A stretch of 64,000 nucleotides of DNA from an uncultured Solirubrobacteraceae bacterium (GCA_964588985.1 CAZPQW010000008.1:68509-132508); one strand, 5' to 3'. Shown: positions 37,271 to 48,599, counted from the first letter of the stretch. Notes: generated from the letters alone by a model not told the origin. Numbers and translations are program-made.

Positions 37271-38308
37271 ATGGCGGCCACGAAGGGTGAGCACACGATC
37301 GTGGAGGCCTGCGGCCAGGAGGTTCGCGTGAGCAACCCGGGCAAGGTGTTCTTCCCCGAGCGTGGGATAACGAAGCTGGATCTCGTGAACTACTACCTCG
37401 AGTGCGCCCAGGCGGTGGTGCTCCACCTGCGCGAGCGCCCGACGGTGATGAAGCGCTGGGTCAACGGCGTGGAGGGCGAGCCGTTCTTCCAGAAGCGCGT
37501 GCCCGACAGCGCTCCCGAGTGGCTACAGACCGCAACCGTCACGTTCCCCAGCGGCCGCCACGCTCGCGAGCTGGTGCCCAACGACGCGGCGCACCTCGTG
37601 TGGGGCGTGAACCTCGGCGTGATCGACTGGAATCCGTGGCCCGTTCGCCGCGTCGACCTCGACCACCCGGACGAGCTGCGCGTCGACCTCGACCCGTGCC
37701 CGGACGTGCCGTTCGCGGAGGTGCGCGAGGTCGCGCTGTGCGTGCGCGAGGTGCTCGACGAGCATCGGCTCGTCGGCTTCCCCAAGACCTCCGGCTCGCG
37801 CGGCATCCACATCTACGTGCGCCTGGAGCCCGAGCACAGCTTCGAAGAGGTGCGCCGTGCGGCGCTCGCGCTCGCGCGCGAGGTCGAGCGGCGGATGCCC
37901 GGTAGGGCGACGAGCCGCTGGTGGAAGGAGGAACGCGAGGGCGTGTTCATCGACTACAACCAGAACGCCCGCGACCGCACCGTCGCCTCGGCGTACTCCG
38001 TGCGCGCCGTGCCCGACGCGCGCGTGTCGTGCCCGCTCGACTGGAGCGAGGTGGCGGACGTGGACCCGGCGGAGCTGCGCCTGGAGACCGTCCCCGCGCG
38101 GCTGCGCGAGCACGGCGATCCTTCCGCGGACATCGACTCGCACCCAGGCAGCCTCTCGCCGCTGCTGGAGCTCGCGGCGCGCGACGAGCGCGAGGGTCTC
38201 GGCGACGCGCCGTGGCCGCCGCACTTCCGCAAGCAGAAGGGAGAGCCGCCGCGCGTGCAGCCGAGCCGCGCGAAGGACGCGGCGGCGAGCGAGGAGGTGG
38301 ACGCGTGA
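37271..38308 (+). CDS. Stand-alone LigD-type primase-polymerase (Prim-PolC-like)
   Basis: SNPGKVFFP, TKLDLVNYY, FFQK, RVDLDP, KTSGSRGIH, FIDYNQN, YSVR. Confidence 0.9.
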   Translation: MAATKGEHTIVEACGQEVRVSNPGKVFFPERGITKLDLVNYYLECAQAVVLHLRERPTVMKRWVNGVEGEPFFQKRVPDSAPEWLQTATVTFPSGRHARELVPNDAAHLVWGVNLGVIDWNPWPVRRVDLDHPDELRVDLDPCPDVPFAEVREVALCVREVLDEHRLVGFPKTSGSRGIHIYVRLEPEHSFEEVRRAALALAREVERRMPGRATSRWWKEEREGVFIDYNQNARDRTVASAYSVRAVPDARVSCPLDWSEVADVDPAELRLETVPARLREHGDPSADIDSHPGSLSPLLELAARDEREGLGDAPWPPHFRKQKGEPPRVQPSRAKDAAASEEVDA

Positions 38309-39267
38309 GCCTCCCGCTGCAGGCACCGGTGAAGCCGCAACTCGCGCTGTCGCGCAAGGAGCTGCCGGTTGGCCCGGAGTACAGCTACGAGATAAAGCTC
38401 GACGGCTTTCGCTGTCTGGCGTTCGTCGACGGCAAGGACGTGTTCCTGCAGTCGCGCAGCGGCAAGCCGCTCGGGCGCTACTTTCCCGAGCTGCTGTCGC
38501 TCCCCGCGGGACGCTACGTGCTGGACGGCGAGATCGTGGTTAGAGACAAGGACGGCCGCGAGGACTTCGACGCGCTCAGCCAGCGCATCCACCCCGCGGT
38601 ATCGCGAATCGAGCGCCTGTCGGTGGAGACGCCCGCGTGCTACGTGGCGTTCGACCTGCTCGCCCACGACGACACGGTGCTGCTCGACCTTCCCTTCACG
38701 GAGCGCCGCACCGCGCTCGAGCGACTGCTCGCGGGCACGGAGTTCGCCGCGGCGCCGGTCGAGCTGATGCAAACGGCGCAGACCGCCGAGGAGGCCGCCG
38801 TATGGCTCGAGCACGAGGAGGGCGCGATCGCGAAGGAGCGCTCCGCTCCGTACCGCCCCGGCGAGCGAAAGGGGATGGTGAAGGTCAAGCGTGTGCGCAC
38901 GATCGACACGGTGCTCGTCGGCTGGCGCCCGGGCAAGGAGCCGGACACCGTGGGAGCGCTGATCCTGGGCTTGTACGACGGGGACGAGCTGCGCGTGGTC
39001 GGACACTGCTCCGGGCTGAGCGCGTCGGAGAAGCGACGGCTGGTGGGGTTCCTCGCGCCGTATGAGACCGGCGAGCGCGGCTCGGCGGACCCGAGCCGCT
39101 GGAGCGCGGGCAAGGACCTCGAGTGGGTGGGCCTGCGCCCGGAGCTCGTGATCGAGATCGACTTCGACCATGTCTCCGCCGGCAGGATCCGACATGGTGC
39201 GAAGCTGCGCCGCTGGCGCGAGGACAAGCCGCCCGCGCAGTGCACGTTCGACCAGCTCCAAAGCTGA
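38305..39267 (+). CDS. ligC: ATP-dependent DNA ligase, LigC type
   Basis: EIKLDGFR, RYFPEL, LDGEIV, FDLL, EGAIAK, YRPG, KVK; OB domain. Confidence 0.88.
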   Translation: MSLPLQAPVKPQLALSRKELPVGPEYSYEIKLDGFRCLAFVDGKDVFLQSRSGKPLGRYFPELLSLPAGRYVLDGEIVVRDKDGREDFDALSQRIHPAVSRIERLSVETPACYVAFDLLAHDDTVLLDLPFTERRTALERLLAGTEFAAAPVELMQTAQTAEEAAVWLEHEEGAIAKERSAPYRPGERKGMVKVKRVRTIDTVLVGWRPGKEPDTVGALILGLYDGDELRVVGHCSGLSASEKRRLVGFLAPYETGERGSADPSRWSAGKDLEWVGLRPELVIEIDFDHVSAGRIRHGAKLRRWREDKPPAQCTFDQLQS

Positions 39268-39288
39268 GCGTCCACTAGCATCAGCGAG

Positions 39289-40011
39289 GTGAGCGGCGAC
39301 GGCGAGAGCACGGCTACGGTCGCCGAGGAGGAGTACCTGCAGATCCTGTTCTGGCTGCAGGAGGCTGGCCTGGGGATGACCGGCGCCAACGTGGCCCGCG
39401 CTATGCAGCTGTCGGCCCCGACCGTGCACGAGATGATCGGACGCCTAGAGCGCGACGGCTACATCACGCGCGGTGCCGACCGGGCGATCGCGTTCACAGC
39501 CAGCGGCGCCGAGCACGCCGAGGGCATCGTGCGCCGCCATCGCCTGATCGAGCGCTTCCTCACCGATGTCCTCGGTATCCCATGGGATGAGGTCCACGAG
39601 GAGGCTGAGCGCCTCGAGCACGCGATGTCGCCGGTACTGGAGGAGCGCATGCTTGCGGCGATCGGCGACGCGAAGACCTGTCCACACGGCCACCCGATCG
39701 CGGCCGGCGCGCGCCTTGCGGGCGTGCCGCTGGCCGACGTGGAGATCGGCGCGAGAGTGCGCATCCTGCGCTTCGAGAACGAGGCCGAGGATCTCCTGCA
39801 CTACCTCAAGGTCTCGGGGCTAGAGCCGGGGCTCGACGGGACGATGGCCGAGCGAGATGATGAGCATGTGACCGTGACCGCGGCGGACGGCCGGCCGCTG
39901 ACGCTCACCCTCAGCGTCGCCGAGACTGTGTCGGTGATCGCCGACCCATCTCCCCCGCCGCGTACTGCGCTACCTGAGCAACTGGTTCTGGGCCAGCGCT
40001 ACGGGCGCTAG
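39289..40011 (+). CDS. DtxR/IdeR/MntR family metal-dependent repressor with FeoA-like domain
   Basis: EEYL, SAPTV, RRHRLIERFL, HEEAERLEH, TCPHGHPI. Confidence 0.92.
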   Translation: MSGDGESTATVAEEEYLQILFWLQEAGLGMTGANVARAMQLSAPTVHEMIGRLERDGYITRGADRAIAFTASGAEHAEGIVRRHRLIERFLTDVLGIPWDEVHEEAERLEHAMSPVLEERMLAAIGDAKTCPHGHPIAAGARLAGVPLADVEIGARVRILRFENEAEDLLHYLKVSGLEPGLDGTMAERDDEHVTVTAADGRPLTLTLSVAETVSVIADPSPPPRTALPEQLVLGQRYGR

Positions 40012-41504
40012 AGCGAGCGGTAAGCCTCGGCGAGGCGCCTGACGCCGGTGTCGATCTGCTCGGGGGTGACTCCAGAGTAGGCGATGCGCAGGGTGTTCTC
40101 GCCGCCCTCCAGGAGGAAGTCGGTGCCCTTCACGAACGACACGCCACGGTCGGCGGCGGCCTGGAAGAGCGCGTGGACGTCTGTGCCCTCGGGGAGCGTG
40201 ACCCACATGAAATAGCCGCCCTGGGGAACCATGTAGGCGGCGTCCGGCAGGTCGCGGCGCAGCGCGTCGGCTAGGGCTTGCGCACGCTCTGCGAGCGCGT
40301 GCTTGACGGTCTCGATCGAGCGGTCGATCGCGCCCGAGGCGCAGAACTCGTACACGATCGACTGGGCGACCATGTTCGGGGAGATGTAGGTGTTGGTCGC
40401 CAACTGGCCGATCGCGGAGATCACGTCGGGCGGGCCGACGAGATAGCCGACGCGAATGCCGGGGCAGACGGTCTTGGAGAACGACGACGCGTACACGACC
40501 CGCTGCGGGTCCATCGAGAGCATCGTGGGCAGCGTCTCGCCGCTGAAGCGCAGCGCGACGTACGGGTCGTCCTCGAACACGATGAAGTCATGCTCGGCGG
40601 TCAGCGCGAGCAGCGCCCGGCGCTTCTCCAGAGAGAGCGTGTAGCCGGCGGGGTTCTGGAAGTTGGGGATGATGTGCGCGAGCTTGGGGTTGACTCCCCC
40701 GGAGGCGAGCAGGCTGGCGAGCGCGTCGGTGTTGATGCCATCGGGCTGCAGCTCGACCGCGTGCAGGCGCGCGCCTCGCTGGCGCAGCGAGAGCAGCGTG
40801 CGGTCATAGGAGGGGCGCTCCACGATCACGTCGTCGCCCGAGCGCACGAGGTGCTCGAACAGGAACGCGTCCGCCTGCATCGACCCGTTCGTGACGAGCA
40901 CGCGCTCGGGCTCCACGCCGTGGAGGTCGGCGATCCAGCTGCGCAGGCGCGGGTAGCCGACCGATGTGCCGTATGCGGTCGTGCCCGCGGGGTCGCTCTC
41001 GAACGCGCGCACGGCCGCGTCGCGCAGGCCCTCCACGTCGACGATGTCGAGCGACGGGGCGCCGCGCGCGAAGGAGATGGTGGGTCCGGCTGGAGTGCTC
41101 ACAGCCGGGTAGCTTAGGCGTCCGAGCAACTCGTCGTAGTCGTGGGTCAGATCACGCGCCGCACGCTCGAGCTTGTCGCGGAAGCGCAGCATCTCGTCGG
41201 GCCGCGGGGGCACGGGGGCAAGAGGCGGCGGCGGTGCCGCCGGCGGTGACGATTGTGGCGTCGCAGGGGCGACCACCGGCGGCGGAGCGCTCGTTGAGGC
41301 CGGCGGCGTGGGAGTAGGCGATGGAGGAGGCGGAGCGGGCGTGAACGGGGGTGGCGATTGGCGCTCGACCCTCTCGTCCACGATCCGGCCTCCGCCCTCC
41401 GGCGAGGGGGCGCTGACCCCGCGACTGACCGCGTCCAGCGTGCGCTCGAGCTCGAGGATCTTTCGCTCGAGCTCGCCCAGCGTCCGCGTGACCTCAGGGT
41501 CCAT
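40008..41504 (-). CDS. Class I/II PLP aminotransferase (2-aminoadipate transaminase-like) with an N-terminal coiled-coil and Pro-rich extension
   Basis: ISFARG, TNGS, IPNFQNPAG, EDDPY, SFSKT..PG.RVG; alternative start GTG at 41102. Confidence 0.85.
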   Translation of the reverse strand: MDPEVTRTLGELERKILELERTLDAVSRGVSAPSPEGGGRIVDERVERQSPPPFTPAPPPPSPTPTPPASTSAPPPVVAPATPQSSPPAAPPPPLAPVPPRPDEMLRFRDKLERAARDLTHDYDELLGRLSYPAVSTPAGPTISFARGAPSLDIVDVEGLRDAAVRAFESDPAGTTAYGTSVGYPRLRSWIADLHGVEPERVLVTNGSMQADAFLFEHLVRSGDDVIVERPSYDRTLLSLRQRGARLHAVELQPDGINTDALASLLASGGVNPKLAHIIPNFQNPAGYTLSLEKRRALLALTAEHDFIVFEDDPYVALRFSGETLPTMLSMDPQRVVYASSFSKTVCPGIRVGYLVGPPDVISAIGQLATNTYISPNMVAQSIVYEFCASGAIDRSIETVKHALAERAQALADALRRDLPDAAYMVPQGGYFMWVTLPEGTDVHALFQAAADRGVSFVKGTDFLLEGGENTLRIAYSGVTPEQIDTGVRRLAEAYRSL

Positions 41505-41557
41505 TGGTGTCTAGCGTATCGGCCTCTGGGCGCGCGTGACTGTTAGGGGCCGGCGGC

Positions 41558-42453
<896 letters not shown>

Positions 42454-42454
<1 letters not shown>

Positions 42455-43617
42455 CAGGCGGACGCTCCGACCGTGTCTCCTGCGGCGAGCGCAACGACCA
42501 TCTCGGCTGCCTCGTTCATGGTCTTCGCGGCGTGCACGTTAGGCAGCGCGGCCTCCTGCAGCAGGCGGCGCCCCTCGACGTCGTTGGTGCCGTCGAGGCG
42601 CACCACGAACGGAACGGACGGTTTGATGTCTCCAAAGGCCGCGATCAGGCCGTTGGCGACCTCGTCGCACCGCGTGATGCCGCCGAAGATGTTGAAGAGC
42701 ACGGCCTTGACCGCGTCGTTGGCAAGCAGCAGGTCCACGGCCTGCTTGATCTTCTCCGCGTTGGAGCCGCCGCCAGCGTCGAGGAAGTTCGCGGGCGAGC
42801 CGCCCGCCTGGGCGACCACGTCGAGGGTCGACATCACCAGGCCGGCTCCGTTGCCGAGAATGCCGATGTCGCCGTCGAGCTTGACGTACTGGACGCCCTC
42901 TTCCTTGGCGCGACGCTCGATCGGGTCTTCGTTCTCGCTGTCCGACAGCGACTGGTTGTCGGGGTGGCGATAGAGGGCGTTGCCGTCGAGCGACACCTTC
43001 GAGTCGAGCGCCTTGACTTCCCTGTCCGGCGTGACGATCAACGGGTTGATCTCCGCGAGCGAGGCGTCCTCCTGCAGCCACACCTCGTACAGCGCGACGA
43101 GCGCGTCGGCGACGCCGTCGATCACGTCCGCGTCCGCGCCGCCGTCGGTGGCGATCTTCACGGCCTCCTCGCGGGAAAGACCGGCGAGCGGGTCCACGTG
43201 GTGGCGGATCAGCTTCTCGGGCGTCTTCTCGGCGACCTCTTCGATGTCGACGCCGCCTTCGACGCTGAACATCACGAGCGGCTTCTTGGCGGAGCGGTCC
43301 AGCAGCACGGAGGCGTAGTACTCGGAGGCGATGTCCGAGGCGTGCTCGATCCACAGCGTGCGCACGATGTGCCCGTGGATATCCATGCCTAGGATGTTGG
43401 TCGCGTGCTCGAGCGCCTCGTTCTCGTTGGCCGCGAGCTTCACGCCGCCGGCCTTGCCGCGCCCGCCGATCAGAACCTGCGCCTTCACGACGACCGGGTA
43501 GCCGATCTCGTTGGCCGCGCGAACGGCGTCCTGCACGGTCGTGACCGGCTGACCGGAGGACACCCTCAATCCGTGACGGGCGAACAGCTGCTTGCCCTGA
43601 TACTCCAACAGGTCCAT
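42454..43617 (-). CDS. sucC: Succinyl-CoA synthetase beta subunit
   Basis: MDLLEYQGK, KAQVLIGGRGKAGG, EINPL, GNGAGL, NFLD.GG, NIFGGI.RCD. Confidence 0.96.
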
Positions 43618-43733
43618 TGCGGCGCGGGACTCTAACGCAAGACGCTTGACAGCGCGGACACGAGGGGCGGGCGGGCCGGGACGGAGTGGGCGGACCGCGC
43701 CGAGTGGCCTCCGCAGGGCATAATGCCGGCGCT

Positions 43734-44414
43734 ATGGCCATTCCAAAGAACGTCACCTTCGTCACATTCGACGTGTACGGCACCCTGATCGACTGGGAGA
43801 CGGGGATCTACGACGCCTTCGCCAAGGAGGCGGCGCGCGACGACGTGGAGATCGACCGCGCGGTGCTGCTCCCGATGTTCCAGGAGATCTCGCGCGAAAT
43901 CGAGGGCGGCTCCTACGAGCTCTACGCGGAGGTCCTCAGGCGCACGGCGATCGAGATCGCCAAACGGCTCGAGTGGAACCTCGAGCCCTCGCGTTCAGGC
44001 TTCCTGCCGGACTCCGTGCAGCGCTGGATGCCCTTCAAGGAAACGAACATCCAGCTGCAGAAGCTCGCCAAGAAATACCAGCTGGGGCTGTTGTCGAACA
44101 TCGACGACAAGCTGCTCGGCCAGACGCGCCGGCACATCCCGACCGACTTCGACCTCGTGGTCACCGCTCAGCAGGTGCGCTCATACAAGCCCGAACTGCC
44201 GCACTTCACGGAGTGCGCTAGGCGCATGGGCGGCAAGCGCGGCTGGGTGCATGTGGCGGCGAGCCACTACCACGACGTGGCGCCTTGCATCAAACAGCGC
44301 GTGCCGGTTATCTGGGTGAATCGCAACAAGGAGGTACTCGACTCCTCCCAGAAGAAGCCGACCGCCGAAGTGACCAGCCTCAAAGAGGCCGCCAAACTCC
44401 TCGGCGTCACCTGA
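43734..44414 (+). CDS. Haloacid dehalogenase type II-like HAD hydrolase
   Basis: TFDVYGTLIDW, LSN, SYKP, HVAAS.YHD. Confidence 0.85.
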   Translation: MAIPKNVTFVTFDVYGTLIDWETGIYDAFAKEAARDDVEIDRAVLLPMFQEISREIEGGSYELYAEVLRRTAIEIAKRLEWNLEPSRSGFLPDSVQRWMPFKETNIQLQKLAKKYQLGLLSNIDDKLLGQTRRHIPTDFDLVVTAQQVRSYKPELPHFTECARRMGGKRGWVHVAASHYHDVAPCIKQRVPVIWVNRNKEVLDSSQKKPTAEVTSLKEAAKLLGVT

Positions 44415-44420
44415 GCTGCC

Positions 44421-45218
44421 GTGCGGGCGATCGCCCTGCACCCAGGCGTACTCGTCGTAACTAGCGCCCTGCTGCAGGTCAACTGCGTGATGGTGCGCGG
44501 CGGCGTTGAGGGCGCCGAGGGCGGGGAGACGTTCGTGATCGACTCGCCGGTGCTTCCCGACGAGCTCGATGCGCTGCCCGCGCTGTTGGAGCAGGCGCAG
44601 TTTCCGACTCCGAGCGGCCTGCTCGTCACCCACGGCGACTGGGGCCACCTGCTCGGGCGGCTGGCGTTCCCCGGAGTGGCGCTCGGGTGCGCTGAAAGTA
44701 CCGCGGAGCGTCTGCGCGCGGCGCCCGGCGAGGCGCAGCGCGAGTTGCGGGCGTTCGACGAAGGCCTGATGATCGAGCGTGTTCGCCCGCTCGCGCTCGG
44801 AGCGGTGCAGGCTCTGCCTGTGCCGGGGCGCTGCGGGGTTGGCGACCGGGAGCTGGAGCTGCACCCGGCGGAGGGCCATACGCCGGACGGGATGGCGGTG
44901 ATGGTGCCGTGGGCGAGCGTGCTCGTCGCGGGGGACTACCTGTCGGTGGCGGAGCTGCCGACGCTGAGCGTCGGCGGAGACTTCGGCGCTTACCTCGCCA
45001 CGCTCGAGCGATTGCGCGGACTCGTAGCGCGCTCTGAGCAAGTCGTTCCGGGTCACGGCCCGATCCTCGAATCCGGGCGGGCGCTGCGCGTCCTCGAGGA
45101 GGATGTCGCGTATCTGGAAGCGCTGGCGAAGGGGGACGAGGTCGCGCTTCCGGACTCTCGCCGCGGTGCCGTTCACCGGCGGCAGCACATGGAGAACGTT
45201 GCGGTTTTGAGGTCGTGA
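44421..45218 (+). CDS. MBL-fold metallo-hydrolase with variant metal motif
   Basis: VIDS, THGDWGH, GHTPDG, AGD, VPGHG. Confidence 0.8.
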   Translation: MRAIALHPGVLVVTSALLQVNCVMVRGGVEGAEGGETFVIDSPVLPDELDALPALLEQAQFPTPSGLLVTHGDWGHLLGRLAFPGVALGCAESTAERLRAAPGEAQRELRAFDEGLMIERVRPLALGAVQALPVPGRCGVGDRELELHPAEGHTPDGMAVMVPWASVLVAGDYLSVAELPTLSVGGDFGAYLATLERLRGLVARSEQVVPGHGPILESGRALRVLEEDVAYLEALAKGDEVALPDSRRGAVHRRQHMENVAVLRS

Positions 45219-45362
45219 GCCGAGTCGGAGACGACCACAGCGCCTGTATCCACAAGCGCTGAATGCGAAAAGTACCCTATCGGCGGGGCTGGCCCCGAGA
45301 ACCAAGACAGCATGTGAAGTCTGGTAGTCCGCTGCTAGCCGGCGCAAAGTAGCCTGTTCCAA

Positions 45363-46319
45363 ATGCTAGCTGAGTTCCGTGTGCACGGCTTGTCCACAAA
45401 GAATCTAATCCGAGTCGCGCGTGACACCGATGGGGCACGCATGCAGGCCCTACGCGCCTTCATGTTCCTCTTCGCCCGTCGTGTGACCCCGTTCTTGGGA
45501 GTGGAGCACGACGGTGTGCGCTACGTCCTCAGTCCTCGCGAGTCCACAGGAGTCAGCTATCCGACGTTCGTGCGTGGCTACTTCGACGAGGAAACGGTGC
45601 ACAGCATGGTCACCGCGCTTGCGCGGCACGCTGGAATCACCACGATCGAGGGGGCTAGCGTTCTTGAGATCGGGGCGAACATCGGAACGGAGACGGTCTC
45701 CCTGCTGATCCGCCATGGCGTCGAGAGCGTCGTCGCGATCGAGCCCGACGCCGAGAACGTTCGCTTTCTACGTGCGAACCTTGCTTTGAACGGCGTTCAA
45801 GAGCGGGTCGAGGTTCACGAGCTTGCGCTCTCGAACGTCGATGCGACGGTCGTGCTCGAGCACGCAGAGGACAACTGGGGCGATCACCGGGTGCGTGTCG
45901 CCGACTCATGGGGCCCCGATCTTCATGCCGAGGACCAGCGCGTCACCTCTGAGGTCTCGGCCAGGCGGCTGGACTCGCTGGTTGAGGCGGGCGCGATCGA
46001 CATCAGTGCGATAGATCTGGTTTGGATGGACGCGCAGGGTCACGAGGGACACATTCTCGAAGGCGCAACGCGGCTCGTGGCCGCAGGCATTCCGGTTGTG
46101 ACCGAGTACTGGCCATACGGCCTGCGTCGTGCCGGTGCTCTCGACCGATTCCACGAGCTGATCGCCGAGCACTACAACGAGGTGGTCGACCTGCGGGAGC
46201 CGGCGGTGGCGCTCAGCGCCGAGGAAGTGGCGGGGCTCGTCGATCGGTACTCGACAGATGACGAGTCCGACCCGACGGTTCGCTACACGGATCTTCTGCT
46301 GCTGCCTCGCGGGCGCTAG
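45363..46319 (+). CDS. FkbM family methyltransferase
   Basis: LEIGANIG, AIEP, RLD, WMDAQGHE, EYWP. Confidence 0.85.
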   Translation: MLAEFRVHGLSTKNLIRVARDTDGARMQALRAFMFLFARRVTPFLGVEHDGVRYVLSPRESTGVSYPTFVRGYFDEETVHSMVTALARHAGITTIEGASVLEIGANIGTETVSLLIRHGVESVVAIEPDAENVRFLRANLALNGVQERVEVHELALSNVDATVVLEHAEDNWGDHRVRVADSWGPDLHAEDQRVTSEVSARRLDSLVEAGAIDISAIDLVWMDAQGHEGHILEGATRLVAAGIPVVTEYWPYGLRRAGALDRFHELIAEHYNEVVDLREPAVALSAEEVAGLVDRYSTDDESDPTVRYTDLLLLPRGR

Positions 46320-46774
46320 CGCGCGCCGTTCCGTCGCACGTACCAGTTGACGGTCATCTCCGCGACGATCTCGTCCTCGGAGTTGGTGAGCTCGACTTTG
46401 ATCGGGAAGCGGACCCGCCCCTCCTGCTTCAGCTGCGCGATTAGCGCGGCGCTGTCCTCGGTGAAGCGCCCGGTGGCGGTGATCTCGCCCTTGGCGAGCT
46501 TGCGGTAGGAGATCTCGGCGGACTCGGCGAGCGGCGTGATCTCGCCCATCAGGTCGAGGAACGAGCCGACGAACGCGGCGCCCGAGGCGGCCTCGCCGGC
46601 GGAGAAGAGCGCGCCGGCGTGCAGGGAGCCGACGTGGTTGTGGCCGGTCTCGACGTCGGGGAGCGTGACGACGCCGTGGTCGGACGCGACCTTGACGGTC
46701 TTCAGGCCGAGGTGCACGTTGTAGGGGATCGCCTGACTGAGCCCGGCGGCGATGGCGTCGTAGTCGACCGACAT
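46316..46774 (-). CDS. Hotdog-fold thioesterase-like protein (DUF4442/PaaI)
   Basis: IPYN.HLG, NHVGSLHAGALF; GAGGAG RBS. Confidence 0.8.
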   Translation of the reverse strand: MSVDYDAIAAGLSQAIPYNVHLGLKTVKVASDHGVVTLPDVETGHNHVGSLHAGALFSAGEAASGAAFVGSFLDLMGEITPLAESAEISYRKLAKGEITATGRFTEDSAALIAQLKQEGRVRFPIKVELTNSEDEIVAEMTVNWYVRRNGAR

Positions 46775-46778
46775 CTCC

Positions 46779-48599
46779 TCAGCTCTCCGCGTCGGCACTC
46801 TTGATCGTCGCGATCGGGGCTCCCGCCTGGATCGGCGCGCCCTCGCTGATGGGCAGATCGACGATCGTGCCGGCCTTGTGGGCGGTGATCTCGTTCTCCA
46901 TCTTCATCGCCTCGATGATGCACAGCAACTGGCCCTCGGCGACGGTGTCGCCCTGTTTGACGAGCACCTTCCACATGTTCCCCTGCAGCGGCGAGGGGAG
47001 CGTGTCAGGGCCTCCTGCGCTGGTGGACTTGCGCTCGCCGCGCTTGGGCGCCTTGCGCCCGGCGCTGGCTCCGTTCGCTGCGGCACCGCCACCTCCGCCG
47101 CCGGCGAAGGGCGGTCCGATGACGCGCACGTCGAAGCGCTTACCGGAGACCTCGACGGCGTAGCTCTGCTCGACCTTCTGCTCCTCCTCGCCGTCTGTGT
47201 CGGCGGGCGCGGCGGGCTTGGGAAAGGCGAGCGTCTTGAGCCACTTCTTGTCCTCGAGCAGCTCCCTGCACGTATCGCCTTTGGCCCACTGCTCGGTGGC
47301 GAGCAGCGCCTGGTGGAAGGGGATGAGCGTCTTCAGGCCCTCGATCTCGTATTCGCCGAGCGCGCGCAGCATGCGCTTGGTGGCCTGCTCGCGGTCGGCG
47401 TCCCAGACGATCAGCTTGGACACCATCGGGTCGTACATTGGCGAGACTTCCCCGCCGGCCTTCACGCCTGAGTCCACGCGCACGCCGGGGCCTTTGGGCT
47501 CGATGTAGGCGCCGATCTTGCCGGGGGCGGGGGCGAAGTTCTTGGAGGCGTCCTCGGCGTTGATGCGGCACTCGATCGCGTGGCCCCGCAGCTCCACGTC
47601 GGCCTGGGCGTAGGCCAGTTCCTCGCCGGCGGCCGCTTTGATGCCCTCCTTGACGATGTCGATGCCGGTGGTCATCTCGGTGACGCAGTGCTCGACCTGC
47701 ACGCGCGTGTTCATCTCGAGGAAGAAATACTCGGGCTCGCCGTTCGCGCTCTCGGCGAGCAGACCCTCGATGGTGCCGGCGCCGACGTAGTCGACGGCCT
47801 TCGCGGCGTTGACGCCGATCGCTCCGATGCGCTCGCGCATCTGCGGGTCGACGACCCATTCGGGCGCGGGGGACTCCTCGATGACCTTCTGGTGGCGGCG
47901 CTGGATGGAGCAGTCGCGCTCGCCTAGGTGGATGACGTTGCCGTGGCGGTCGGCGAGGATCTGCACCTCGACGTGGCGCGGGTCGTGCAGGTAGCGCTCG
48001 AGGTAGACGGTGGCGTCGGAGAAGAACTTCTCGCCTTCGCGGCTGGAGCCCTCGAACGCGCCCTCGAGCTCGTCCTCGGTGAGCGCGACGCGGAAGCCCT
48101 TGCCGCCGCCGCCGCCGGCGGCCTTGACCGCGACGGGGAAGCCGATCTCGTCGGTGGCGATGCGCAGCGCGTCGGCGACCGTGGCGACGGGCTCTGTGGT
48201 GCCCGGCACGATCGGCACTCCCGCGGCCTGCATCAGCTCGCGTGCCTTCGTCTTCGAGCCCATCGAGTCGATCGCGCTGGCGGGTGGGCCGATGAACACG
48301 ATCCCCGCGTCCTCGCAGGCCTGTGCGAACGGAGCGTTCTCGGCGAGGAAGCCGTAGCCGGGGTGGATCGCCTCGGCGCCGGAGCGGCGGGCGGCGTCGA
48401 GGATCTTCTCGACGTTGAGGTAGTTCTCCGCGGCGGGGCCGTCGCCGAGGTTGTAGGCCTCGCCGGCGCGCTTGACGTGCGGCGCGTCGCGGTCGATCTC
48501 GGAGTACACGGCAACGCTCGCGACGCCGAGCTCGTCGAGCGCGCGGGCGATGCGGACGGCGATCTCGCCGCGGTTGGCAATTAGGACCTTGGTGAACAT
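46779..48599 (-). CDS. Acyl-CoA carboxylase alpha subunit (biotin carboxylase plus biotin carrier)
   Basis: VLIANRGEIA, HPGYGFLAEN, RDCSIQRRHQK, EMNTR, EAMKM biotinylation site. Confidence 0.95.
   Translation of the reverse strand: MFTKVLIANRGEIAVRIARALDELGVASVAVYSEIDRDAPHVKRAGEAYNLGDGPAAENYLNVEKILDAARRSGAEAIHPGYGFLAENAPFAQACEDAGIVFIGPPASAIDSMGSKTKARELMQAAGVPIVPGTTEPVATVADALRIATDEIGFPVAVKAAGGGGGKGFRVALTEDELEGAFEGSSREGEKFFSDATVYLERYLHDPRHVEVQILADRHGNVIHLGERDCSIQRRHQKVIEESPAPEWVVDPQMRERIGAIGVNAAKAVDYVGAGTIEGLLAESANGEPEYFFLEMNTRVQVEHCVTEMTTGIDIVKEGIKAAAGEELAYAQADVELRGHAIECRINAEDASKNFAPAPGKIGAYIEPKGPGVRVDSGVKAGGEVSPMYDPMVSKLIVWDADREQATKRMLRALGEYEIEGLKTLIPFHQALLATEQWAKGDTCRELLEDKKWLKTLAFPKPAAPADTDGEEEQKVEQSYAVEVSGKRFDVRVIGPPFAGGGGGGAAANGASAGRKAPKRGERKSTSAGGPDTLPSPLQGNMWKVLVKQGDTVAEGQLLCIIEAMKMENEITAHKAGTIVDLPISEGAPIQAGAPIATIKSADAES

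Noticed and set aside
37271-39267. NHEJ locus or prophage replication module
   Set aside because: No Ku or phage genes. A stand-alone Prim-Pol plus LigC pair is a known actinobacterial repair operon.
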